Positions 20,657 through 29,007 of a stretch of 64,000 nucleotides of DNA are shown piece after piece (the first letter of the stretch is position 1; every line of letters starts with the position of its first letter). The translations under genes were made by a program, and so were the position numbers. The DNA comes from Bacteroidales bacterium. Its GTDB lineage: Bacteria > Bacteroidota > Bacteroidia > Bacteroidales > WCHB1-69. Location: assembly GCA_024685175.1 (NCBI GenBank), contig JAIKWD010000030.1, forward strand, positions 10,198 to 74,197. The letters run 5' to 3'. The notes under the pieces were generated by a model. The model was not told the DNA's origin. It did no database searches and saw only the letters and a program-made list of their open reading frames with translations.

Positions 20657-20837
20657 AAATATTTGATATTTAATTTATTATATTATTGTCCTAAAACGGT
20701 TTGGAGACATAAAATGCTCCCACAAAATAAGTTAACGCAAAAATGTTAAAAAAATTGCAATTAGAAATATTTTTTTTAATTTTTTTTTACAAGAAAATAC
20801 CAACAGCAATCTGAAATCTGTTAATTACTAAAAATCG

Positions 20838-20845
20838 TATCTTTG
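20838..20845 (+). promoter_or_regulatory. -7 promoter box TATCTTTG
   Basis: Only 10 nt upstream of ATG 20855 and 16 nt upstream of ATG 20861. The transcript would have a very short leader. Confidence 0.5.
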
Positions 20846-20854
20846 CCGCCTATT

Positions 20855-22027
20855 ATGAATATGGATAACACTCAATATTTTGTGGCAAAGACATTTGCTG
20901 GTCTAGAACCCCTGCTGGCCGACGAGCTTACCGCACTCGGTGCCCGGAATTGCAGAATCCTTAGCCGCTCTGTCAGTTTTGAAGGGGATTTTGGCTTGAT
21001 ATACAAGGCTAACTACTTCAGCCGCTTTGCATTACGTGTGCTCTGGCGCCAAAAATCTTTTACGTTTAACAATAATCGCCAATTTTACGAGCAGATTTTT
21101 GATTTTCCGGCCGAACAGTTTATGGGGATGGGCAACACGATGGCGGTTCACGCCACCAATGTGGACTCGATATTCAAGACTCCGCTATTTGCTGCCGTCT
21201 TGGCCAAAGATGCCGTTTGTGATCGTTTTCGTGATCTTTTCGGTGAGCGTCCGGATGTGGACCGGGATGACCCGGACGTGCAGTTTCATTTGCATATTTA
21301 CCAGAATGAGGCTCAATTGTTTTTGGATAGCTCCGGCGAATCATTGCACAAACGCGGCTACAAAGTGAGAAATCATCCGGCTCCCGTCAACGAAGTGGTG
21401 GCTGCCGCCATGGTGAAACTTAGTGGCTGGCATGGCGAGTGCGACTTCCAGGATCCGATGTGCGGCGGCGCTACTATCCTCATTGAGGCTGCCATGCAAG
21501 CCTTGAACATACCAGCTGGGTTCTATCGTCGCGAATATGGTTTCCAACGCTGGAAAAACTTTGATGCTCAGAAGTGGAGACAGATTCGCCAGTCCGCCCG
21601 CATACTCGACGATGTGGATGTCGACTTTTATGGCTCTGACATCAATAACTCCTTCCTTGATATTGCAAGAGCTAATGTTTCAAAAGCCCGTTTGGAAGAC
21701 TTTATCCACATGGAAAAACGTGATGCCCGCCAAGCAAAACCCGCCCGCGTGCCCACGCTCGTGATGACGAACCCGCCTTACGGCGAAAGACTAGAAGTGG
21801 AAGACATCAACGAGTTCTATTCCGAAATTGGCGACACCCTCAAAAACAATTTTTCCGGCTGTCGTGCGTTTCTAATTAGTTCCGATATGGATGCACTAAA
21901 ACATGTAGGATTGAAGCCTAATATGAAGGTGAAACTCTACAATGGCCAACTGGAATGCCGGTTTGTGGGTTATGACTTGTTTTCTGGCGATCGTCGGAAT
22001 TATGTAAAACATCAAAAAGAATCCTAA
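20855..22027 (+). CDS. THUMP-domain class I SAM-dependent RNA methyltransferase
   Basis: FVAKTFAGLEPLLADEL (THUMP N-terminus), DPMCGGATILIEAA, MTNPPYGERL. The start could be 20855 or 20861. Track start 20843 is a TTG. Confidence 0.8.
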   Translation: MNMDNTQYFVAKTFAGLEPLLADELTALGARNCRILSRSVSFEGDFGLIYKANYFSRFALRVLWRQKSFTFNNNRQFYEQIFDFPAEQFMGMGNTMAVHATNVDSIFKTPLFAAVLAKDAVCDRFRDLFGERPDVDRDDPDVQFHLHIYQNEAQLFLDSSGESLHKRGYKVRNHPAPVNEVVAAAMVKLSGWHGECDFQDPMCGGATILIEAAMQALNIPAGFYRREYGFQRWKNFDAQKWRQIRQSARILDDVDVDFYGSDINNSFLDIARANVSKARLEDFIHMEKRDARQAKPARVPTLVMTNPPYGERLEVEDINEFYSEIGDTLKNNFSGCRAFLISSDMDALKHVGLKPNMKVKLYNGQLECRFVGYDLFSGDRRNYVKHQKES

Positions 22028-23124
22028 TGATTAAAAAAGCTTTGTTGTTATTGCTTCTTTTGCCGGCGACGCTGTATGGCGTTTATGCCCAGAACAAGTA
22101 CAGCAACGAGTTCCTGTCACTGGGCGTCGGGGCCCGAGGCTTGGGAATGGCCAATACAATGTGTGCCATCTCTGACGATATCACTTCCGCATATTGGAAT
22201 CCCGCCGGATTGGGCCGGATGGACAAACACTACCAACTGGCTGCAATGCACGCCGAGTATTTCGCGGGCGTGGCCAAGTACGACTACGCCGGTATCGGCT
22301 ACAAAATCGACGATCGCTCGTCCGTGGCGCTGACGTATATCCGTTTCGGGGTTGACAACATTATGAATACCACTGAGTTGATTGACGCACAAGGCAATGT
22401 CGACTATGATAGAATCTCCTATTTCAACGCCTCGGATAATGCCTTCCTCTTGAGTTATGCCTATAACTTCGAGAAGGTACAAGGCCTCTCCCTCGGGGCC
22501 AACGCCAAGGTGGTATACCGCAACATCGGCAAGTTCGCCCATGCCTGGGGCTTCGGCCTCGACTTCGGTTTGCAATATAATCGCAAAGGTTGGCAGGCTG
22601 GACTGATGTTGCGTGACGCGACCTCTACTTTCAACGCCTGGAGTTATCAGCTGACAGATGAGATGATCCGCGTGTTCGAAGAGACGGGTAACGAGATCCC
22701 CAGTAACGACCTCGAACTTACGATGCCGGCTCTGCTCTTGGGCGGTGGCAAGTATGTTGAACTGGGCAAGGGCTTCAACGCCACCTTCGCTTTGGGACTG
22801 GATTGTACCTTCGACGGTAAACGTAATACACTGATAAAGAGCAATGTGTTGAGCATGGATCCGCATTTCGGCATGGAGTTCGGATATAAGAAGATCGTGG
22901 CCGTCCGCGCCGGTATAGGCAACTTCCAGCAGGAACCCGACTTCGACGGCAAGAATAAAACTACGCTGCAAATCAACCTCGGTGTGGGCGTATGCATCAA
23001 GAATATTGTCACCATCGATTATGCCTTTACGGATTTGGGAGACATCTCCATCGCTCAGTATTCGCACATCTTTTCGCTAAAAGTGGCAATAGACAGATTC
23101 AAGAGGGAAGCAGGTAGCAGGTAG
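22027..23124 (+). CDS. PorV/PorQ-like outer membrane beta-barrel
   Basis: Signal peptide, then FLSLGVGARGLGMANTMCAISDDITSAYWNPAGLG, a signature I associate with the PorV/PorQ/FadL-like family. Alternating beta-strand pattern throughout. Confidence 0.5.
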   Translation: MIKKALLLLLLLPATLYGVYAQNKYSNEFLSLGVGARGLGMANTMCAISDDITSAYWNPAGLGRMDKHYQLAAMHAEYFAGVAKYDYAGIGYKIDDRSSVALTYIRFGVDNIMNTTELIDAQGNVDYDRISYFNASDNAFLLSYAYNFEKVQGLSLGANAKVVYRNIGKFAHAWGFGLDFGLQYNRKGWQAGLMLRDATSTFNAWSYQLTDEMIRVFEETGNEIPSNDLELTMPALLLGGGKYVELGKGFNATFALGLDCTFDGKRNTLIKSNVLSMDPHFGMEFGYKKIVAVRAGIGNFQQEPDFDGKNKTTLQINLGVGVCIKNIVTIDYAFTDLGDISIAQYSHIFSLKVAIDRFKREAGSR

Positions 23125-23187
23125 CGGATAGCAATAAACAGAAAACAATAAACATTCAACATTACAACATTTCAACACTTCAACACA
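23110..23187 (+). repeat. drifting heptamer tandem array (11 units)
   Basis: GCAGGTA GCAGGTA GCGGATA GCAATAA ACAGAAA ACAATAA ACATTCA ACATTAC AACATTT CAACACT TCAACAC. It begins inside the last codons of the upstream CDS and ends at the deoC ATG. Confidence 0.8.
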
Positions 23188-24027
23188 ATGAACCTAGACA
23201 CCTATCCATTCAGCGACGCACAAGTTAGCGAGCGTATTGCAGCATACATTGAGAAAGGTAATCCTTATATGGATGAGCAGGCTGAGTATCGTTTTATTTT
23301 GAGTTGCATCGACTTGACCACATTAGAGGGCTCCGACAACCGACAGGTGGTGGAGGCGTTATGTCAGCGAGCTATTGATTTCAAGGATGATGCACGTCAG
23401 ATTCCGAGTACGGCAGCGGTATGTGTTTATCCGCCGTTTGCGGCCATCGCCAAAGAGAAACTTAAAGGAAAAGGTATTAACGTAGCTTGTGTGGCAGGTG
23501 CTTTTCCGGCGGGGCAGTCGCCCATTGAGGTGAAACTCGCCGAAGTGCGCTATGCGCTGGAGCAAGGTGCCGACGAGATCGACATGGTGATTTCTAGGGG
23601 TAAGTTTCTCGAAGGCAACTATCAAGAGGTCTTTGACGAGATCAAGGCCATTCGTGAAGTTTGTGCGAAGGCAAGACTGAAGGTGATTTTGGAGACGGGC
23701 GAATTGAAGACCGCTGACAATATATATAAAGCCTCACAGTTGGCCATAGCCGCCGGAGCGGACTTCATCAAGACCTCCACAGGAAAGATTGCAGTCAATG
23801 CCACTCTCGAGTCTTTTCTTGTGATGCTCGATGCAATCAAGAATCACTATGAAAAAACAGGCAAGATGGTGGCCATGAAACCGGCAGGTGGTATTTCCGA
23901 TCCCGAAACGGCACGCCATTATGTGGCAATTCTTGCTAATGTTTTGGGAGATAAATGGATGAATAATCACTACTTCAGAATAGGCGCCAGCCGCCTGGCG
24001 AACAAAATTTTTGATAAAATTCAATAA
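23188..24027 (+). CDS. deoC: deoxyribose-phosphate aldolase
   Basis: IDLTTLEG, DMVISRG, FIKTSTGK (Schiff-base Lys), KPAGGI. Confidence 0.85.
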   Translation: MNLDTYPFSDAQVSERIAAYIEKGNPYMDEQAEYRFILSCIDLTTLEGSDNRQVVEALCQRAIDFKDDARQIPSTAAVCVYPPFAAIAKEKLKGKGINVACVAGAFPAGQSPIEVKLAEVRYALEQGADEIDMVISRGKFLEGNYQEVFDEIKAIREVCAKARLKVILETGELKTADNIYKASQLAIAAGADFIKTSTGKIAVNATLESFLVMLDAIKNHYEKTGKMVAMKPAGGISDPETARHYVAILANVLGDKWMNNHYFRIGASRLANKIFDKIQ

Positions 24028-24066
24028 AAAAAATCTCTAATTGGTGGAATGTGAACAAAATAATTG

Positions 24067-24074
24067 TATTTTTG
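24067..24074 (+). promoter_or_regulatory. -7 promoter box TATTTTTG for the HU gene
   Basis: Lies 48 nt upstream of the ATG at 24122. Confidence 0.55.
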
Positions 24075-24121
24075 CCGCCTCAAAAAAGAAACAGTTTTAA
24101 ACATTTTAAATTAATTAAGTT

Positions 24122-24406
24122 ATGACCAAAGCAGAAATCGTAAATGAAATTTCCGGCAAAACCGGATTCGACAAAGGCAGTGTGCAAACCATCGTTGAAG
24201 TATTCATGAATTCCGTTAAGAATTCCATGATTGGTGGTGAGAATGTTTACCTGAGAGGTTTTGGTAGCTTTATCATTAAGAAAAGAGCTCAAAAGACTGC
24301 CCGTAATATTTCCAAGAAACAAACTATTACCATCCCCGCTCACAATATTCCCGCTTTCAAACCTTGCAAGACTTTTGTGAACGCTGTTAAGAAAAACACG
24401 AAATAA
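24122..24406 (+). CDS. HU-family DNA-binding protein
   Basis: MTKAEIVNEISGKTG...GFGSFIIKKRAQKTARNI...IPAHNIPAFKP. Confidence 0.9.
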   Translation: MTKAEIVNEISGKTGFDKGSVQTIVEVFMNSVKNSMIGGENVYLRGFGSFIIKKRAQKTARNISKKQTITIPAHNIPAFKPCKTFVNAVKKNTK

Positions 24407-24438
24407 TTTAGTACTAATAATCTTAAATCAATAAGAAT

Positions 24439-24528
24439 ATGCCTAGCGGAAAAAAGCGCAAACGCGCTAAAATGAACACACACAAACGCAAAAAGAGACT
24501 TAGAAAGAATAGACATAAGAACAGATAA
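24439..24528 (+). CDS. 29-aa Lys/Arg-rich peptide, bS22 / AURKAIP1-COX24-like
   Basis: Below the track size cutoff; my own translation is MPSGKKRKRAKMNTHKRKKRLRKNRHKNR*. Starts 32 nt after the HU stop and is followed by an intrinsic terminator. Confidence 0.6.
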   Translation: MPSGKKRKRAKMNTHKRKKRLRKNRHKNR

Positions 24529-24542
24529 TGCTTTTTGCGTGT

Positions 24543-24592
24543 AACGAAATGAAAACTAAACGCCTTTACGACGTTTAGTTTTCGTTGTTTTT
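24543..24592 (+). terminator. intrinsic terminator of the HU / small-peptide unit
   Basis: Stem AAAACTAAACG / CGTTTAGTTTT, extended by AACGA / TCGTT, followed by GTTTTT. Confidence 0.7.
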
Positions 24593-24605
24593 ATACCATT
24601 AGTTT

Positions 24606-26186
24606 ATGAGTGAAAATGCAATAACAAAAGAAATTGTTATTACTTCCCATGACAATGAGGTGCAAGTGGCTCTACTAGAGGATAAGAGACTGGTAGAAAT
24701 CCACAGCGAAAAGTCGTCTGCCCAATTCTCCGTCGGAGATATCTACTTAGGCAAGGTCAAGAAAATCATGCCAGGCCTTAACGCCGCTTTTGTCGACGTG
24801 GGTAGCGAGAAAGAGGCCTTCTTACATTATTTAGACCTTGGCGTACACGCCCGAACCATCAACGCCTTCGTCAGCCAAGCCATCACTACGGGCAAGCGCA
24901 GCATCAGTCGCGTGCAATTTCTGGAGGATGTGCCAAAGAACGGCAAAATTAGCGATGTACTAACCTCCGGTCAACAAATCCTGGTACAAGTGGCCAAAGA
25001 GCCCATATCAACAAAAGGGCCACGTATCACCACAGAGATCTCGTTTGCAGGACGTTATCTGGTATTAGTGCCCTTTGGCGATAAAGTGTCCGTGTCGCAA
25101 AAGATCCGTAGCACCGCCGAACGTAAACGTCTCAAGTCGCTCGTACAGGGTATTAAACCCCGCAATTTCGGGATTATCATCCGTACGGTGGCCGAACATA
25201 AGAACTTGGACGAACTATCTGCCGACTTGGATCAACTGCGGTACAAGTGGGACACCGCCGTGGAGAACCTGTTTGCCTCCAAGGCCCCGTTACGCATCAT
25301 TGAGGAGATGGATTGCGTGACGACGATGATGCGCGACATCCTCAACGACTCTTTCCACGCAATTTATGTGGACACCCAAGACACCTTCAAGGAAGTAAAA
25401 AACTACATGCACCTCTATGCCCCCGAGCAAGAGGCTATCGTTAAATACTATAACGATAAACTGCCCATTTTCGAAAAATTCAATGTGGCCAAGCAGATTA
25501 AGAGCTCCTTCGGGAAAGTGGTCACAGTGAAAAACGGCGTATACCTTATCATAGAGCATACGGAAGCTATGCACGTCATTGACGTCAATAGCGGCAACCG
25601 AGTGAAATCCACCCAGACGCCAGAAGAAAATGCGCTGAATACCAATATGATTGCCGCCGCTGAGATAGCACGCCAACTGCGCTTGCGCGATATGGGCGGT
25701 ATTATCACTATCGATTTCGTCGATCTGCACGACCCTAAAAATAAGGTTACTCTCAATAAAGCTATGGCCGAGTTTATGAAAAACGACAAGGCCAAACACA
25801 CCATACTGGCACTTAACAAGTTCGGCCTCATGCAAATTACCCGCCAACGCGTAAGACAGGCCACTATCATCGAGACCACCGAACAATGCCCCACATGCAA
25901 AGGCACCGGAAAGATAAAACCTCCTATTCTCATTGAGGACGAAATAGATAATACCCTGGATTTTTTGTTTGATAAACAACAGGAATCCAAAATTACTATT
26001 ATCGTTCATCCATTTGTGTATGCATATCTACGTCAGGGTTTTCCATCCATTTTACTAAAGTGGAAGTTTAAGTATAAAAAGCGCATCAAACTAATCAGCA
26101 ATCAAAGCTACCATTTGATGGAACACCACTTTTATAATGACAAGATGGATGAAATCATACTCTGGAGCGAGCCCGCTAACGAATAG
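24606..26186 (+). CDS. rng: Rne/Rng-family ribonuclease (RNase G-like)
   Basis: S1 domain (GDIYLGKVKKIMPGLNAAFVDVG), HVIDVNSG, GIITIDFVDL, CPTCKGTG. Confidence 0.88.
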   Translation: MSENAITKEIVITSHDNEVQVALLEDKRLVEIHSEKSSAQFSVGDIYLGKVKKIMPGLNAAFVDVGSEKEAFLHYLDLGVHARTINAFVSQAITTGKRSISRVQFLEDVPKNGKISDVLTSGQQILVQVAKEPISTKGPRITTEISFAGRYLVLVPFGDKVSVSQKIRSTAERKRLKSLVQGIKPRNFGIIIRTVAEHKNLDELSADLDQLRYKWDTAVENLFASKAPLRIIEEMDCVTTMMRDILNDSFHAIYVDTQDTFKEVKNYMHLYAPEQEAIVKYYNDKLPIFEKFNVAKQIKSSFGKVVTVKNGVYLIIEHTEAMHVIDVNSGNRVKSTQTPEENALNTNMIAAAEIARQLRLRDMGGIITIDFVDLHDPKNKVTLNKAMAEFMKNDKAKHTILALNKFGLMQITRQRVRQATIIETTEQCPTCKGTGKIKPPILIEDEIDNTLDFLFDKQQESKITIIVHPFVYAYLRQGFPSILLKWKFKYKKRIKLISNQSYHLMEHHFYNDKMDEIILWSEPANE

Positions 26187-26212
26187 TAATATTAACCAAT
26201 ATTAACATCTAA

Positions 26213-26653
26213 ATGGACGTACCTGTCGAACTGCTGAACAAACTGGAACGCTACTGCGCCTATCAAGAACGCAGTGAGGCAGAAGTACGTAAGAAATTGG
26301 GCTCCCTGGCCGCTTCTGTGGCCCAAGGTGATGAAATTATCCGCCTGCTTAAGGAGAATGATTTCCTCAACGAGAATCGTTTCGCCGAGATTTTTATTCG
26401 CAGTAAGCTGAAAGACCATTGGGGAAAGCTTAAGATCCGCCAAGGACTTTATCAAAAGGGGGTGACGGCCGAGATTATCAACGAGCAAATGTCTTATATT
26501 GACGATGACGCATACAATGCTATGTTGCAGGAAGCTATGGATAAATGGAAACGTCTTAATGCAAAAGACGCCGACAATCGCTCGAAACTCATCAAATCCA
26601 TGCTGTCTAAGGGCTATGCCATGGATGAGATCATGCCGTTGCTCAAATCATAA
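26213..26653 (+). CDS. recX: RecX-family regulatory protein
   Basis: 146 aa, helical-repeat pattern: LERYCAYQERSEAEVRKKL...NENRFAEIFIRSKL...GKLKIRQGLYQKGV. Confidence 0.7.
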   Translation: MDVPVELLNKLERYCAYQERSEAEVRKKLGSLAASVAQGDEIIRLLKENDFLNENRFAEIFIRSKLKDHWGKLKIRQGLYQKGVTAEIINEQMSYIDDDAYNAMLQEAMDKWKRLNAKDADNRSKLIKSMLSKGYAMDEIMPLLKS

Positions 26654-26678
26654 CTTTAACGATAATTAACATCAAGAT

Positions 26679-27762
26679 ATGGTTACGAACGAACAGATGA
26701 AAGATCTTCTTAACAGGCTCGGTGAGCTAAGGAGGTATCTTTGACATCGATGCGAAGAAATCCGAGATCGAAGAAAAAGAGAAGATAACACAACAGGACG
26801 GCTTTTGGGACGACCCCAAGTCCGCCGAGAAAATGATGCGTGAAATCAGTGCCATCAAGACCTGGGTGAGCGACTATGAGAAGGCCGCCGACCTGGGCGA
26901 AGAGTTGTCGGTAACCTATGAATTCTTTGGCTCGGGCGATGCTACGGAAGCGGAACTTGATGCTGCCTATGCCAACACGCTGAAAGCCGTGGAGACCCTT
27001 GAATTTCGCAATATGATGAGGGACGAGGAGGACTCGCTGAACGCCATCATCAACATCAACTCCGGTGCCGGCGGCACGGAGAGCTGCGACTGGGCGGAGA
27101 TGCTGCTTCGTATGTACACACGCTGGGCGGAGCGCAACAACTACGCCGTGAAACTCATCGACCGCCAAGAGGGCGATGTTGTGGGCATCAAGTCGGCCTC
27201 CATCGAACTGGACGGCCCGTATGCCTATGGCTACCTCAAGAGCGAGATCGGCGTGCACCGCTTGGTGCGTCTGTCGCCCTTCGATGCTGCAAACCGCCGA
27301 CACACCACCTTCGCTTCTGTGTTCGCATATCCTATTATCAACGATGACATCGTCATCGAAATCAACCCCGTCGACATCACTTGGGACACCTATCGCTCCG
27401 GCGGACACGGCGGACAAAATGTCAATAAGGTGGAAACGGCCGTACGCCTGCATCACGAACCCTCGGGTATCGTAGTGGAATGCCAAGTGACCCGCTCCCA
27501 AATCCAGAATAAGGAGATGGCTATGCGAATGCTTAAGTCCCGACTATATCAAATTGAATTGGAGAAGAAACGCGCCAAGTTGGCCGACGTGGAAAGCACG
27601 AAGAAGAAGATAGAGTGGGGAAGCCAGATCCGTAGCTACGTGATGCAACCTTACAAGATGGTAAAAGACTTACGGACGGGCTGCGAAACCGCCAACGTGA
27701 ACGGTGTGCTCGATGGCGACATCGACGATTTTATCAAGGCATTTCTGATGAATCGACTTTGA
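26679..27762 (+). CDS. prfB: peptide chain release factor 2, requires programmed +1 frameshift at 26742
   Basis: Frame 0 reads [21 protein letters not shown] then TGA (26742-26744). Skipping T26742 continues as [36 protein letters not shown]..., joining the track ORF 26833-27762, which carries SPF and [13 protein letters not shown] (GGQ). Confidence 0.92.
26730..26745 (+). promoter_or_regulatory. RF2 frameshift cassette: SD-like AGGAGG + TAT CTT TGA C
   Basis: AGGAGGTATCTTTGAC. This matches the classic recoding signal (SD-like element, 3-nt spacer, slippery CUU, UGA C). Confidence 0.9.
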
Positions 27763-27779
27763 AATAGAATGACTTAGAG

Positions 27780-27821
27780 AACTTGTTACGAATGTTGATA
27801 ATTGGTAACAAGTTTTTTTTT
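27780..27821 (+). terminator. intrinsic terminator after prfB
   Basis: Stem AACTTGTTAC / GTAACAAGTT, followed by a T9 run. Confidence 0.7.
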
Positions 27822-27840
27822 AATTGATAGAAAGACTATT

Positions 27841-27848
27841 TATTTTTG
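27841..27848 (+). promoter_or_regulatory. -7 promoter box TATTTTTG for prs
   Basis: Lies 46 nt upstream of the ATG at 27894. Confidence 0.55.
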
Positions 27849-27893
27849 CAGTGGAAATCTATTAAAAATTAAAATACAACAAATCAATAAGTT

Positions 27894-28826
27894 ATGAATT
27901 CCGAGTACGTATTAGTCGCAGGTCGTGCCAACCCTGAACTGGCAAAACGCATTGCCGAGCATTTGAATATGCAATTGTTTCCGGTGGATATTCTCCAATT
28001 CAAGGATGGAGAGATTCAGGTCTATTTCAACGACACTATCCGTGGCAAGAATGTGTTTATCATTCAACCTACATTCTCTCCCTCAGACAACATCATTGAG
28101 TTGTTGATTACGATTGATGCCGCCAAACGCGCATCCGCCCGCAACATCGTGGCGGTGATGCCCTATTTCGGCTATGCCCGCCAAGACCGCAAGGACAAGC
28201 CCAGAACTTCCATCGGCGCCAAATTGATGTGCAACTTGCTTACTGCTGCCGGTGTTAACCGTATCATCACGATGGACTTACACGCCGACCAGATCCAAGG
28301 CTTTATGGAATTCCCTGTCGACCACCTGTTCGTCTCCAACGTGTTCATCCCCTACATCAAGAGCGAGAATCTGGACAACATCTGCATTGCTTCCCCGGAC
28401 ACGGGCGGTACGAAACGTGCCTCTACCTATGCTAAGGCCCTCGATTGTGACTTGGCTATCGGCTACAAGCAACGCGAGAAACAGAACGAGGTCGCTTCGT
28501 TGCAAATCCTCGGCGATGTGAAGGACAAGAACGTCATCATCGTGGACGACATCATCGACACCGCCGGCACGCTCTGCAAGGCCGCCGGACGTATCAAGGA
28601 GATGGGGGCCAAGAGCGTGCGCGCCATGTGCGCCCACGGACTCTTCTCCGGCGCCGCCATCGAGAACATTGAGAATTCTGTGTTGGACGAGGTGATCATC
28701 AGCGACTCCATCCCATTGCGCCACAAGTGCGACCGTATCAAAGTCGTGTCCGTCGCCAAGCTCATGGCTGAAGTGATCCAAGCCGTGGTGGACGACACTT
28801 CCATTTCGTCTCACTACTACGTATAG
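27894..28826 (+). CDS. prs: ribose-phosphate pyrophosphokinase
   Basis: YFGYARQDRK, MDLHADQIQGF, IIVDDIIDTAGTL. Confidence 0.92.
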   Translation: MNSEYVLVAGRANPELAKRIAEHLNMQLFPVDILQFKDGEIQVYFNDTIRGKNVFIIQPTFSPSDNIIELLITIDAAKRASARNIVAVMPYFGYARQDRKDKPRTSIGAKLMCNLLTAAGVNRIITMDLHADQIQGFMEFPVDHLFVSNVFIPYIKSENLDNICIASPDTGGTKRASTYAKALDCDLAIGYKQREKQNEVASLQILGDVKDKNVIIVDDIIDTAGTLCKAAGRIKEMGAKSVRAMCAHGLFSGAAIENIENSVLDEVIISDSIPLRHKCDRIKVVSVAKLMAEVIQAVVDDTSISSHYYV

Positions 28827-28834
28827 GAAACATC

Positions 28835-28866
28835 AAAAACGTCGCCATATCGGCGACGTTTTTTTA
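28835..28866. terminator. intrinsic terminator after prs
   Basis: AAAAACGTCGCC atatc GGCGACGTTTTTTT. Confidence 0.8.
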
Positions 28867-28968
28867 TCTTTAAGGAATCATCACTCATCAGCGTGGTTTG
28901 CAGGCTCCTCGCCTCCCTCTTTTCTTGCTCATATACGTTGATGGGTTTTCTCGTTGCCATTTTTTTGC

Positions 28969-28976
28969 TAATTTTG
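28969..28976 (+). promoter_or_regulatory. -7 promoter box TAATTTTG for thiL-ispG
   Basis: Lies 32 nt upstream of the ATG at 29008. Confidence 0.55.
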
Positions 28977-29007
28977 CAAATCAATTATTCATTGAGAATT
29001 GTGCATT

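Noticed and set aside
22117-23067. 316-aa minus-strand ORF opposite the PorV-like gene
   Set aside because: Shadow ORF. The plus-strand product has a signal peptide, a conserved WNPAGL signature and a beta-barrel pattern. The antisense product has no recognisable feature.
26710-27501. 263-aa minus-strand ORF across prfB
   Set aside because: It is antisense to a gene carrying unmistakable RF2 motifs (SPF, GGQ) and the recoding cassette. Its composition is shadow-like.
28823-28963. 47-codon minus-strand ORF (MATRKPINVYEQEKREARSLQ...)
   Set aside because: It reads straight through the prs terminator hairpin and into the prs 3' end. No TAnnTTTG box lies upstream on that strand.
28867-29007. Possible TPP riboswitch upstream of thiL
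   Set aside because: The conserved CUGAGA and ACCUGAUCUGGAUAAUGCCAGCG-type elements are absent. The -7 box sits only 32 nt from the start codon, which leaves no room for an aptamer.
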